A stretch of 64,000 nt of DNA, from positions 1-64,000 of the forward strand of contig MU058584.1 of assembly GCA_013265495.1 (NCBI GenBank). The letters are read 5' to 3'. The stretch's first letter is position 1. Every line of letters starts with the position of its first letter. Shown piece after piece: positions 48,580 to 62,617 of this stretch. The DNA is from Vicugna vicugna. Lineage: Eukaryota. The notes below the pieces were generated by a model. That model did not search any database. It saw nothing but the letters and a program-made list of their open reading frames with translations, and was not told the origin of the DNA. The translations under genes and the position numbers were made by a program.

Positions 48580-51500
48580 TTTATAACTTGCTTAAAAAGA
48601 AAGCTCTTTGAAGAAAGTTCAAGACAAATCCTCAAAATTGCCGAATTCTAGCTTTTAGCAGTTTTTTACTTCCCTAACAGCCATTCTAACACTAACACAC
48701 CTAGAAACACATGTGCACAGATTGATACCCCAGTCTGCAAGGAGACTTTACTGTTACTTGAAGAAAAAAAAGCAAGAAGGCATTTCAATTGCAATTTCAA
48801 GGGTGTGCTCCCTATAAATCCCATTTTTATGAGTCCCTCATCAGCCTACTAAAGATATTAGTTCTCCACAGGGTCATGTGATTTGTTCCCAGGAGGTCTC
48901 ATTCTCATTGGGTCCATACCCTTGAACAGTTAGGCTTCACTGTTAAGGTTCAGGACTGATAAGAACTTTACTTTCCTATCCTTTACTTCCATTTGATAGA
49001 TATTCAGTCACAACCCAATTTCCCATCTCTTTTTGGGCAATTAACCAGAATAACATCAACATTCTTTATCCTTTTCTTCTTAGTATTATCTTCACCAGAT
49101 TATTATTACAGTCACTGAAATTACACAGAAAGAGAGGCAGGCATGTATGCACATAAACTAAAATGCAATGTGGTAAGTGCTCTATGAAACACTGTGGGAA
49201 TTCAGAGAAGGAAGCTGAATCTTGAAGGAAAAGCAACAAATCGCCAGGTGGAGATGTGAAAAAGATCGAAGAAGGGGCATGCAGGCTGAGGATGCAAAAG
49301 CATGGAGACATGAAAGACCTGGTATTTGTATTGCTGCAAATAATTGGGAGTGTTTGAAGAATTATGTGTGTTTATGTGTGGGGGGGAGGGGAAGGGGGGA
49401 GTATGTTTCAGGGAGAAAGTGGCAGGAGATGAACACGGGGAAGTAGAAAGGAGTCAGAACATAAAACTCTTGTTAACAGGTCCTTTAACCTATTGGATGT
49501 TTGGGATGGATATTTGGAAGCATTCCTTATTGAGGGCATCGGTAAGCCGTACTAGAGGAGAAGCTAATTTAAAACTAGGAAAGAACAATCAAATAAACTG
49601 ATCTCAGTGGACACTTGCTTAACCCTGAGAAGACGTGCCTAGGCCCCATAGTTCAGTACTGAGGCTCTGGTTTACAAGGGTCTTTGTGGCTCTGATTTCC
49701 TCCTTTCTAACGAAGACTCATCTCACTTCTCAGAACTCTCTCCCACAAGCCTTTCCTGGCTAACCCCACTTAACTCCAATAGCCCCCTTCTGATTTTGTT
49801 CCCCTGAGGTTTCCATCATCCTTGATCTAGATGGGAAGTGACTAGCTTTAGTGTCAAGAGGCTAGGTAATTAAAGCATCTCAAGATCTATTTTTTTTTAA
49901 GAAGGTGGAAGAGTGAAATAGCCACTCAAAAGAGAACTCTATCTCTTCAGTATCTCCTTCATTCACATCTTGTTAGCAGTCATGATATCCTTCTGTATCC
50001 TGTTCTGCCACCTACCTCCATTTAGAGCTGGAAACGAACAAGAATTTAGCGGTGAGAATGATTATCATTCATGACTCAACTTTTCTGTGTGTGTTGGGGT
50101 GGCGAGGGGAATTGACTTTTATGTCCTCTAGTCTCCACTGTCTTTAAGCCCCTTGCTCTTGAAAATAAGCCCCTGCAATATCTGTTAATGATTTCCCAGG
50201 AAGACCTGCACTAAGGAAATAGCAGACAGACAACTTACTGGCCATTCTCCTCTGAAGGGAGAAAAAAACCCCTCATCCAGCTCTGTTTGAGGTTCTGACA
50301 TGCATTTAGGGAAGCAGAAGGCTGGCTAGCCCCGGATGCCTAAGGAGGATCTCAAGCTTATTCCCAAGTAACATGGATAGCAACAAAATGCCGGAGAAGC
50401 CTGAGGAGGAAGCTGCTTCTCTCTGGTTCTCCGATTACTTCTGTGATTGCCCCTCAGACCCTAAAGCCGGGGGTGTCCATACCCCACCAGAGAGCAGAAA
50501 GGGTGTGGCAAATTCCATTTGGATCTCAACCTTACTCTCTCACTCTGTGTCCTCTTATCTGTACTAAACTTTATGGAAAGAGGGAACTCTTTAGGATACG
50601 ATTTTTCTCTTAAGGGAGCGAGTCAAATACTGTAGGTTAAAGTCCAGACTCCCTAAGGTGGCATATAGAGTCTATACCTCAGTCACACTGACCACTTGCT
50701 CTTTCCCCTGTGTACTAGCCTCCTTCATGCCTCTATGCCCCTACGTGTAAGTTTGGCTTAACCTCTTTGGGGGCACTCCACAGGCCTTCTGAGCCCATTC
50801 CCCCTCATCTGTAAAAAGAGGGAAAGAAGAGTAACCTTACAGGAAGAGACAAATAAACAGATTTTTTTCATTGTTAGAGGTTTTAAGACAGGGGATGCTA
50901 AGATACTTAGAAGCACAGAGGAGGGGCACTAAGCTCACCAGGGATGTTCACAAATCACTTTCTGCAGAGATGACATCTGCCAGTCCCTATTGATGGATTA
51001 TTGAATTGTTTCTAAACTTTTGTTGTTTTACATTACGCTGCAATGAATATTCTTACACCCATAAATTTATGCACATATTTGAATGTATCTGTAGGATAAA
51101 TTCCTAGAATTAGAATTGCTGAATCAAAAACTATGAGTCTTTTTAAAAATTTTAATAGATGTTGTCAAATTATCCCTCAAAGAGATGTAACGATTTGTAT
51201 TTCCACTAATTAAGCATGAGAGAGCTTGTCTCTCTTATCCTAGTTAAGAAAGCACAGCATCATATTTATGTTTTTTTAATGGGACCCAGAGGAACTCTTG
51301 ACGCTTTATTTACTGTTAAATGCCTCTAGTTGGATCCTTACAACATTACTAACATTGTGTTATGCAATAGCCCAGCAGTACAGTCCTTCCAGAGTCAATG
51401 ACCCTGTTTGTAATGTTAATCCATTCATCTGAATTCTTGTTTGTTGGTCCACAGTTAAAGAAAATGCCCTTCTGACTACACTTCCTTATTAAAGGTGGAC

Positions 51501-52092
51501 TTTCTGCTAAGCAGAGCTCTTATTCCAGGCTAGGTCTTCCTCATTCTTCACCAAATTTCCAGCAGGTACTACAGCTTGCCCATATTGGTTTAATTTATTC
51601 TCCAGTTACTACACCTGCAAAGATAGCTGGTTTCAGTGCTTGACATCCTAACTATAATAATAGGCCTCATACAATTGTACATCCCTAATTCAGCTAATAT
51701 CTGAGGCTAAAGAATTGATACAATACTCTTCTTCAGTTCAAAGGAGCCAATCATATTACAGTGATGTGAGAGACCACTCTCCCATCTCTTTATAGTAAAT
51801 ATGCTCTTAATGTAGCAGGCTAAGTTGCTATAGCCAAGCTAATTAGCTTTGGTCCTGGAAGTGGCAGAGTATCGAGGTTAAGAACCCTGGCTCAGCGGTC
51901 AATAGACTTGGGTTCATGTTTACTACTTACCAGCTGTGTAGCCTTGGGCAAGATACTTTTCTCTGGAGTTCTGTTTCCTCATCTGCAAAGCGTAACAATA
52001 GAATCCGCCTTACAAAATTGCCGGAAGGGTTAAAAGAGATTACGCAAGTAACATACCTAACACAGCAGAAGCAGTAAATTGTTATTATGACT

Positions 52093-52765
52093 AATTCACA
52101 GAATCTAAAATGACATTGACTGTAAGAGGCACCATTAAAGAGAACACTACAAAAAGAAATCACAGCTGAGTAGTCAAAAATTTTTTTAGGCTTAAATAGA
52201 AATAGAAATTTTAAAAATCATAAATCACTCTTATGTATGCATAAAAGGACAATATGCAGAAATTAAATTGGGTAAGATATTCCTAAAACTATTTCACCTT
52301 CAGAGCCTGACTTTTCTGAATCACTCCCCAACTCATATTTATCAAAGTCTATGTTTTTCCTTTATTGTAACATATTCTTTCCTACGTAAATGAGCATTAG
52401 TAAAGCAGCATTTCTTAAAAGAAGTCATAACGAGAGTAACAGTCATCATCGCCAGAATTTTAGGCTGGTTTTGCAATTAACTGGAGCCAGCTTACTTTTA
52501 ACTTCTCTTTCAGGAGTGTTGCTGGACACGTCTGCTTTACTACCCACTTCACTGCTCCACAACCTATGATTGTGTCACTGCCATCTCTAGAAATTTTTCC
52601 CAAGCTGCTCACACTCATTCTTAAATTATGATGCTGGTACTTTAATGGTCATGCTTACTTAAGCAATGAAAACTATGACAAGACAGAAGTTTTAAGATGC
52701 ATCATGGTTTTAGAGATGTTAAAATGTAGTTTAAAAAATTATGCCATAGAATTAATAAAATACAA
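52093..52765. mobile_element. Kanga1-like Tc2/mariner DNA transposon remnant
   Basis: Degenerate termini: GAATCTAAAATGACATTGACTGTAAGAGGCACC ... TAAGATGCATC..TTTTAGAGATGTTAAAATG...ATAAAATAC. Confidence 0.5.
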
Positions 52766-52879
52766 AATGCACCCTAAAAGTAAATCTAGGAAAGCAAATT
52801 TCAAAATGTGAAGAAAAAAAAGTTACACATTACCCTTCATGTAGCCAGAGACTAAATAAAGGTGGACATCTTTTGAGTG

Positions 52880-53400
52880 AATTTAAAAATCTGGAAGGAA
52901 TTTAAAGGCTATTTAGTTCAACCAAGAAACCACTTCTTGAGACCTGCTAGACTTCTCCTGCCATATGGCCGTGCAGTCATGCTTGACTTTTTGGGAGGAT
53001 GTAGCCTTCATTACCTCCCAAGGACGGCCCACCCTATCTTTGTATAGCTCTGGCAATTAGAAAGCTCATCCTGTAGATAGTGAGCAAAATGATTTTGTTA
53101 TAAATTCTACTCACTGTACTTCCCAGGGTTACACAGAACAGATCTGATTGCTGGTCCTCTTGTGAGCCCTTTAGATGTTTAAAAACACTGCTTAGGTCAT
53201 ACTTAGGTTTTTATAAAGATACACTCTTTTTTTAAAGACTTGGGTTTTTTTTTCAGTGTTTTCAACTCTTCCTAATTTTGAGTTCCTTCTCCATTCTGGC
53301 TTTTTTGAGCACATCTCCAACTTCTCTATATTCAGCTTAAACTGGGGGGCCCACAATTGACTGTAGTTCCTCAAGTGGGTGTGTCCAGGGCAGGAAGGCA
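52880..53400. mobile_element. CR1/L3 fragment (continues ~55750-56385)
   Basis: Minus-strand LWAPQFKLNIEKLE resembles the CR1 RT C-terminus (WAPQFKKDIEKLE type). Confidence 0.55.
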
Positions 53401-54504
53401 GAATTTTATTTTTATTTTTTACAATTAAGCAATTGCACTTGTGACAGGATGTCAAAAGTGATATTGCACGGTACAACAGATGTGAAATCCTGAAGCCAGA
53501 TCATCATATGCAGACTTTACAAAGGAAATATTTGAGGATCTGTTCCCTGACTTTTGGACTCTGAAATCACATCAAGGAGATAAAAAGGGGTCAGGGTATG
53601 GAGAGGAGGGAGGGTTCATGAAGAGATTTCTTTGCCATGTGAGTCTCCATCATAATTCTTACTCATAGTGGGGAGTCTGGGGAAGCTTATCCTCTACTCC
53701 TCAAGCCTAATGTGGGAGATGCCCGGGGACTCACCCAGAGAGGTCTGAAATGTGTTCCCTGTAGTTGGGAGACACAAGGAACTGGCCTGCCTCACTCCTA
53801 AGAAAGCTAAAGTGAGTTGTGACTGAAGGATGGAAGAGCCTGTTTTGGGATTCTGCACTGCAGAATATGCCAGGACAAAGCCATGTGTGTATGTATTTCC
53901 CTGGTTCATGAAAGACAGAGAGCTGGCATGGGGTAGTCTTTGTTTCTATACCATAAGGCTACCAGGAGGGGAAGAAAAAAGCACCAGAAAGCTGGAGGTG
54001 AATCTGGATTCCTAGGGACTGAGGAAAGGGATACAAGTGAACACCTGGAAGAGAGATGCACCTGTCTTGAGTACAGGACCAGACGGGAGCAGTCCCCTCA
54101 ATAAACACCTCCAAAAAGTCCACAAAATTATCCATGGAGAAAGAATTGGCTATAGTCGTGTCCAAGCCCAGAAAGCAGGAAGCTGCCCAGCCAGAGAAGA
54201 ACTTTCTATTTCCTTAGCTATCCTCCCTTCTCTGTCCTCTCTTACTTTGGCCTAGGTGAGGTGAAAAGGAAACACACACGAAGGAGCAGGGAGGAGATGT
54301 ACAGAGAGAAAGAAACCAGTCAAGCTCCCTTCCCAAGCCAGGACCTAAGCTGAGTAAGTTGGACAAAGAGTTATCTCTGAGGTAAGACTGGTGGTCTGAT
54401 TAACCTCTAGGACTGGGCATTCTAATTCGTAAAAGGAAACTATCCTTGTGACCTAAAGTCATTATAGGACTATCCATTACCAAGAGAAGCAGAAAAATCA
54501 CGGA

Positions 54505-54668
54505 TTGGCTCAAACTTTAATGTACACATGGAATACCTAGGGCCCTTCTGCAAATGCAGATTGTGATTCAGTGGGTCTCGGGTAGGACCCCAGAGTCTGC
54601 ATTTCTAACAAGTTCCCTATTGATGCCAATGTTGCTGGTTCTTGGGCCACACTTTGAGTAGCAAGGTG
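54505..54668. mobile_element. MER5A (hAT-Charlie) element
   Basis: AAATGCAGATT..GATTCAGTGGGTCT.GGGTAGG...TCTGCATTTCTAACAAG...CCACACTTTGAGTAGCAAGG. Confidence 0.8.
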
Positions 54669-54984
54669 CTGGGAGCAGTGGAAATTTACCCTACTGAATA
54701 AATTTTAAATGGATTATGAAAGATAAAAAAGATGCATTTTGATCATGCCATTAATTGTCCTTTCAACCTCCAAGTCACTGCCTTTATTTAATTTTTTAAA
54801 CATAGCATTTTTAATGAATATACTCTTCATTTGAAAAAAGTCATACTGTATAGAAAAACATTCAAGTCTGCTTTCAGATGCCACCTTCCCACTCCCTCAG
54901 TGACTACAGGGATAATCACTGTATAATAGCTTGGTGTGTGCTCTTCCAGGCTGCTTTTAAAAAGAACTTTCTAAGTACATTGTT

Positions 54985-55600
54985 GTATTGATCAGGATTC
55001 AATTTCAGAGAACAGGCCCACTCCAGCTGGATTGAGTGGAAAGGAATTCATTACAATATTTAGTAGCCTACAGAATAGTTGGGAGAGAGGAAGAAACACT
55101 GTAGTTTGAGTTTTCAGCCAAGTCTCCCACTATGGAACCACTATGGGAGTTGCTGCCTCTTTCATGATCAGAAAACTGCCTGTCAAGGATCACACAGACA
55201 GTGCTGTGACTGAGAAAATAGCCATGATAAGAAAGAAGCTGCTACTTCTGGGGCATCAAGACCATACCCTGTCTGCTATGGTTCAAGAAGTGGATGTGCA
55301 GGGCCCTGCCTCTTAGCATCACAGAGCTAGAGACTGGACACTAAGATCGCTGCTACTGCTGCTACAGAAAAACCAAGAGCCTCCTGAACCCACTTTCCAG
55401 AAGCAACAGAGAAGCTGCAGAAGTATAGCCTCTGCTTCACTCTCACATTCGCATGTTGTCCAAGGGCTTCTGGGTAGCCAGACCTAAGTTACACCCAGCA
55501 CCTAGCTGCAAGGGAGTCACAGTCCCTTTTAACTTTCCACGCTCTGCAATTTGGAAGGGCATTTGAGAAGGTAGTGAAGTGGATGCTGACCCCTCGTCCA
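54985..55600. mobile_element. MaLR LTR (old MLT1-like)
   Basis: TGTATTGATCAGGATTC...ACTCCAGCTG...CCTAGCTGCAAGGGAG resembles old MLT1 LTRs. Confidence 0.5.
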
Positions 55601-56427
55601 CAGACAATAAAGGGATGAGTCCTAGACTTTTACTTTGTAAAAGACCTTGAGGTTTAATCCAATTTGTTAATTTTAGAGATCAGGATATTGAGACCAAGAG
55701 ACTAAAGGACTCATTAGCGGTGGGGTAAAAGCAGAACTCAGGTCTTCTGACATGGAGTTCAGTGAAGCTGAAAGGAGAGCCACTTGCCCAGGAGTCAAGT
55801 GATATTGCCTAGCCTCACTACACTTGTTGCCTACAAACCTACCTAAGAGATTGTTTTCATCTAAGGCATACTCTTTGATTTCTAGTTTATATTTTTGTAG
55901 TTCACTTGAGGGACCAAAGTATAGAATCTTATACTTACCTTTTTTTGAATTTTGTCTTTGTTGGCTTAGTAAGACAATTTGGATCCCAGTGTAGTCCTTC
56001 TCAGCTGTAACAAATGCAGAATAGATAAGCGTATCTTCTGTACCATAATCTAAATAACTTGGGAAAAAAAGTTGAATGAAACAGATTAAAGAAATTTGGG
56101 TGATGGCTCTATCTCACTAGAAATCTCTCTCTTGATTGCCATTGATTCATTTTCTCCCTTTGGGTATGATTTTTTAAATAATTACCAACCTACTCAATTG
56201 CTTTAATATCCAGCCTGTATTTCTCACCCATATCCACAAGGAGTTCTGTCTAAAAGACTGAAGAAGTACAGATTCAGGGTGTTAGTATTCCCCGCAATCG
56301 CCTGTATGGCCATTCTTTCAGAATTAGAACAGGTTATGGGGCAAGACTCTCCTGGGTAAGCTCATGCTGGCCCCTACTGGGTGCTGTTGCTGCTGCTCCG
56401 CTTCCTCCTTCCCCTTCTTCCTCTTCT

Positions 56428-56655
56428 TTAATTGAGGTAGCATAACTGACTTATAATATTATATTAGTTTCAGGTCTACAATGTAATCATTTAATATTTG
56501 TACATATTGAAAAATGATCATCACAGTAAGTCAAGTTAACATCGTTCACCACAGTTACACATTTTTTTTTGTGATGAGAACTTTAAAGATCTATTCTCAG
56601 CAATTTTCAAAGAGGCAGTACAGTATTATTAATTATAGTCATCCTGCTGTCTACA
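56428..56655 (-). mobile_element. L1 3' end fragment
   Basis: TTTAATTGAGGTA...ATATTAGTTTCAGGT.TACA...TTAAAGATCTA L1 3' UTR pattern. Confidence 0.7.
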
Positions 56656-57094
56656 GTTAACAATATCAGAGTCAATATAACTGCTTCTTTTTATAAGTGT
56701 TTACAAGACATTCTTGCCATAACCTGCATCATTTTGGATTAGAGACAACCTTACTGATTCAATAACTTAAAGATATAGAAGCAGATGGGGCTTATCCACT
56801 TAGTACCCCACCATCCATTTTCCACGTAATGACCCCACTATGGAATTGTGAGATCTGCTGTGAAAGGGGCTGTGGAAACACAAGGCCTGTGAGGGACATG
56901 TGGGAGCCCCTTTCCTCCACAGGGACTGCAAGTCTGAATGGCTACTGGTAGGGCTGGATGTGGCCAGTGGGACTGAACACATGTCCCAGTGTTCAGCTTG
57001 TGAAGTCTCAAAACGAATCACCCATTTTTAAAAATTATATCCTGGACATTTTGGGTATTATATTATGAAGCACTGGAACTTATTCAACTCTCAT

Positions 57095-57237
57095 TTTGTT
57101 TTTGTTTTGTTTGGGGGGGCATGATTAGGTTTATTTATCTATTTATTTATTTATTTTTTAATGAAGGTACTGGGGATTGAACCAAGGACTCTGTGCATGC
57201 TAAGCATGGGCTCACCACTAAGCTACATATCCTCCCC
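57095..57237 (-). mobile_element. Camelid Vic-1-type SINE
   Basis: GGTACTGGGGATTGAACC.AGG...GCATGCTAAGCA...AGCTA...CCTCCCC with a (TTTA)n tail. Confidence 0.85.
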
Positions 57238-60200
57238 GACAAATCATCCGTTTCTTAAGACATACAGGGCACATTTAATGAAACATTCTCAAGTGTCAGC
57301 CCTCATGTCTCTGTGCCTTCATGCTCTCTGCTCTCTGTCTTCCCAGCCCCTTTTCAGCCCTTTCTCCCTCATCTCCTTCACCTATGGGAAAGACTCAAAT
57401 TCCGCCTTCTCAGAGAACTTCTCCCAGTTTCCTTCAGCCAAAATAAATTATTTTTTTTGTCTGAGCCCCCGAGCATTTTGTTTGTACTATCAGTTTCAGA
57501 CATGGTTTGGGTAATTTGCACCCCTATCTACAGAGTGGAAACTTGACTCTAAGGTCTTCATCTTATTCCATGCTGTAGCCCCACTCTGGGGCTACTGAAC
57601 ATCCAAAACTAGTTTTTTTTCCTCTTTATTTGCGAAGTTTCCTCCTGCCAACTTGAATGTTTGTAAATGGCCTATGGGGATGAGTAAACTATTGGTAGGA
57701 ATGGGCAAAGAAATACATTTTGGAAGAGATGAGATAGTGAATATGAAACATACTTCGAAGAAGCAGAAGCGTATGTTTGGTAGTAAGGAGGGGCAAGGAA
57801 CAACATTTTAAAAGATTTAGAAATATTCTGTGGACTGACCAAAAGTTTACGGGATTTCTGATTTTTATTGTTTAAAATTATTTAGGGAATGTTAGAGCAG
57901 GCAGCATTAGCCTTGTCTTTTTTTGGTGGGGAACACTGAAATTCAGAGGGCTTAACTGGCTTGGCCAAGTTATACAACTAATACATGATGGAACCAAAAC
58001 TTAAGTCTAGGACTTGTGCATACAAGTCCAGAGCTCTTTCCACTATCACACACTGGACTACATTTAGGTAGCAAGAGAGTTCCAAAGGTTGTGACATTGG
58101 GAAGGGGAAACTGTGACCGTTCTCTGTATTTTGATTGCCTTGGGAAGAATGAAATGACAGAAGTTCTGCAAAATGTAACCCAGCAAACCCTGGTCATGGA
58201 ACAGGGAACATCTGTGGTCTCTTTTGCTCTACTCATCGGACTCTTTTGTTTACCAGTTTCTCCTGTGTCAAAAAAGGAACTGAGAACACGACCTAAATGT
58301 CACCAACCAGTTTCTGCCCCACAGTTTCTCAGATGGTTAGCCCCACAATATGATGAGTTTGCAAAGGTTGTGGGTGGTTGGAGGGTGCAGCTGGAAGCAA
58401 GGCAGGAGGAGTTGTTGGTCAATTGTCCAAGTTGTCCTTTTCACAATGAGGGTGCTTCAACTCCATTCAGTCACCTCTGGTCCCAGGGTTTGTGGAGTTG
58501 GAGATCCTTCCTTGGAATCCTGACAGTAGGTATACTTCAGGGAAGGAGAACACATCTTTACAAAGACACAGGCTCTGAATGAGTAAGTGAGTTTGGGATG
58601 TGGTTATAGCAGTGCAGGTAGATAGGATCCCCTTTCCACTAATTCTCATGACCACTGAATTCCTGGACTGATCACACTCACTGATTCATCTCTGCTCAAC
58701 AGCTTCCACGGGACAAGCCTCTGCAGCCATTTCTCTCTCACTGCAGCTCAGCCTCTCCTGCATTGCATCCTCTCTGAGCTGCTTCTGGTGGAACAGTTAA
58801 GTTTGGGATTTCTTTCACCCACTGATGAGACGTGTTGTAAGTTAATTCTTTTATTAACTCTGTAATATGATTATAAGTACTCCTATTTTGCAGATGAAGA
58901 AACTGAGGCTTAGAGAAATATAACTTTCTAAAGGCACATGATCACATATCGGTTGGGAATAGGACCAGATGCAGTTTGGTTTTCAGATCTAGGTTTTCTC
59001 TGGCTTCAGACCGTGCCCCTCAAAGACAGACGGTACCTTAAAGTATATTTCATGTATATCTTCATAACTGTCCTAGATCTTGAGTCCCATTAAGAACATA
59101 ATTGGCAAACAATTACTGATAACTCAATGAGTGTGGGGGGCTTGGGCAACATGCTGGGAATAGAAGAGGAACTTGTCTTTGAACCATGATGGGAAGGTAA
59201 TGAGGCAGAAGAGGGGAAATTTCCCTGCTCATTGCTCAGCACAGATATGCACATACAGAAAATATTTTTAAAGATGAAAATGATAAATCATAGTTGTGAC
59301 TAGAAGCCAAAATTTTTTTTAGAAACAACTAAAGAATGAGGAGGCTGGGTGATACGTATTTTCATATGAGTAGGTCATATGACATAAAATGGGTGGATGT
59401 CTTCTTAAAATGCAAGCCACGATATACTTGACCATCTTTTAGAATTTTTGCTTAATTTTTATCAACAACATTGTAGGCTTGCTCGTGATAAAATGAACAA
59501 ATTGTGCATGCATGTGTGCGTGAGTGTGTGTGAGGGCCTACCAATCCTAGGACATAGAGTCTTTTCTTCTCTCCTTGAGAGGGAGCAACCCAACTCCCTC
59601 TCTAAAGAGACATTTCCTTCCCTGAGCCTAACATCCAGCTTTTCTTTCAAGTTGCCGTATTCATTCTTGCCTACTTCAAAGATACAGAAAATATATCTTG
59701 CCAAAGGGCACATGGTGCCACCTGGTGGCTAAGAGTACAAATACAGAAGTTGGTAAGTACACTTCTGCCTCAGGGATTGAGGCATTTTTATTCACCCAGG
59801 TACAGATATTCACTGAGCCAGGTTATGTGGGTATTCAATAACATTTCAGATGTGTCTCCTACTCCTACCCTTAAAGGAATTTATACTCATTTCAAGGATT
59901 TGAAGAAGAAAAGCTCATTTCCAACAGAAAACTAATATAACTGAGGGAATTATTAGGATATCTTAATAAAATGTCCAGGAGATAAAACGTTTAATTTTTC
60001 CCCTTTTCCAAAATGTATATATCTATGATTGTCAACATCAAATAATTTTAATAACAGTAGTTGAAAAAAACCTAAAATAATATAGAAAGAAGTATATAAA
60101 GCCTACCATGTAAGTCTCCTAATGACTGTTAACAATTTGATATATATCTTTCAATGTTTTTCATACATTTATGTTCAGAAGTGCTTTCTATTTACACACC

Positions 60201-60363
60201 AGCTTAAAAAAATTCACAATATAGCTAGCATCGACCACTTCGTTATCTTTTTAAAATAGTTGCCTGTTATTTTATTAAATGGATAAAACAACTTATTTAG
60301 CTAATTCATTACTTGTAGTCTTTTATATGTTTCTAGTTTTTCACCATTCTAGACAATGGATGT

Positions 60364-60938
60364 TGTATCAGGGTCACCAAGGCCCCCCTCAGGCTCCACC
60401 AGATTTGCCAGTTCACTAGAAGGATTCACAGAATTCAGAAGAGCTGTCATACAAAGTTATGGTTTATTACAGTGAAAGGATACAGATTGAAATCGGTGAA
60501 GAAAAAAGGTGCAGGAGTGAAGCTCAGGAGAAACCACGTGCAAGCTTCCAGGTATTCCCCTCTAGTGGAGTCACACAGGGATGTGCTTAATCCGCCCAAC
60601 AATGATGTGTGACAACACATGTGAACTGTAGCAAAACAAGAAGCTCATCTAAGCTTAGTGTGTCCAGGGTTTTGTACTGGGGGCCAGTGCCATAGGCATG
60701 CAGCACCTGCATGACTGACCTTGACTACTCAGTCTCCAGCCTCCCAGAGGTCAAGCTGGTAGAGCATGGCCCAAGGCCTCAGGCATTTAAAAACACTTTT
60801 ATCAGGCAGGATATTCTGAGGGCTCAGAGATCATCACCCAGGAGCTATTCAAGCACCAGTCCTCCTAAAGACAGACTTTTCTTTGGCATGTGCAGGACTT
60901 GAGCAAACAGAGCCTGCTGGGTTAACCCTTTACTGCAC
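60364..60938 (-). mobile_element. MER21-like LTR
   Basis: TG...CA bounded; GGTTTATTACAGTGAAAGGATACAGATT and GTTAACCCTTTACTGCACA match the recalled MER21 consensus. Confidence 0.75.
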
Positions 60939-60999
60939 AGAAGCCTTTTAAATTTTTGATCTGAATGCTGATGAGGCTGATCAGACCCTTGGCTGCCTG

Positions 61000-62190
61000 A
61001 TCTCCCACAGATCATCTTCCATGTTCATTCTCCACTCTCATTGGCCAAATTTTCCCCTAACTGGCTATTCTTCTCAAACCTCTGTCTTCACTCTCAGCAT
61101 ACCTGTTCCTTTAATCTTATTTTTCTCTGGCAGTCTCTCAATTCTTTTCTCATCTTTTCTTATACTGTCATCCTATGCAATCTCATCAGTTCTCGTCCAC
61201 TCATAAGCTGATGATCAGATCTCTTTTCTGAGTGTTATATCCCAGCATCCAACCAGGCAACGGTCATCTTTAGTTGGGAACTGAAATGTCCCCAAATGGA
61301 TTTATTTTCATCCAAACTGATCCTCTTCCCTTATTCTCTAGTTTGGTGAATGAAACTATCATCCACTCAACCACCCAAACCAGAAACAAAGTTGTCTCTG
61401 ATTCCTCCCCCTTTTGCCTGTCATATCCATTTAAATCTTAAAGCTTTCTCTCTTCCATGTTCTAAATTGCTCTTAAACACAGTCCCTTCTTCTCTGTTCC
61501 CTCTGCTAGTACCCTAGGCCCTTGTGCTCCCTGGACTCAATGATTGCTCTGATCTCTTAACTGGACTCTCTGCCTCTAGTGTTGTTCTCCTCAATTCACT
61601 CTGCACTGCATTTAGATGCTTTTATAAATACAAATCAAATTGCATTATTCTGCTGTTTAAACTTCTTTAATAGTTCGCATAATCTTTGAGAAAAAGTTAA
61701 AAATTTCTTAGCAAGGCTCATGTTGCCCTCATGATCTGGCCATGCCTATCTTTCCTGTATCCTGTAGACAACTGCAAGCAATTGCATCTCCATCCTCATT
61801 TCTTCCTTCCCCAACGACACATTTATGGGCTGGGCTTATTGGTGGGCTTTCTGGCTTTTATGCCTTTGTAGATGTTGCTCCTTTTGCTTAGAACTTCTTT
61901 CCTCACCTTCCTCCATTTCACCTGACAAATTCCCACTCATCCTTCAAGATTCAGATCAAGTACCACTCCTTTTGAGAAGCCATCCCTGATTATTCCTCTT
62001 CCATTAGGGTTAGGTGCCCCTGCCATGTACTCCCATAATTTGCTCTTGTCTCTATCATAACACTAATTAAGCTCTTTATATATTTTTCACTCCAGCTTTT
62101 TTCTAAGTTCCTTGAGGGCAAAGACTCATTCTTCTTGCAGCCTCAGCATCTACTGTAGTGTCTGACACACAGCAGATGCTTCCAGGATTG
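61000..62190. mobile_element. L2 fragment
   Basis: Pyrimidine-rich L2 body with the CCTTGAGGGCAAAGAC 3'-end motif. Confidence 0.55.
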
Positions 62191-62617
62191 TAAAGTGAGA
62201 AACACTGGGTTGATTCAACCAGGGCTCAGAAGACTGATTATATGACTCTTCAGGCAAAAACACTAAGTGAGCCTTTTAGGTAAAGCCTTTAGGGGAGGAA
62301 ATGGCATTGAGAGGAAAGTGTATGATGTCTCTTCTGGCACTCCTTTTCCTTCCACTTCTAGCACTCACAAGATGGATTAACCACCAACATTAGCCCAGAT
62401 TCTGTTGTGGATACAAAGATGAAAAAGTGAAGTCTTTACCCTCAAGGGATTCACAGCCTGTGGTGGGAGTAGGGGAAGATATCACTCTTCCTCTGTCCTT
62501 ACAAGCTGCCCCCTCCAAGGGGCTATGTTCCCAAGGAGAAGCGTTTGTTGCTTCTTCCATTTGACTTGGATACAGCTCAAGTATCCCTGCCCTGAGTCTC
62601 AAACTCTTTGAAAATTA

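Noticed and set aside
58016..58582. 188-aa ORF
   Set aside because: Non-ATG start, no recognisable motif and no splice context
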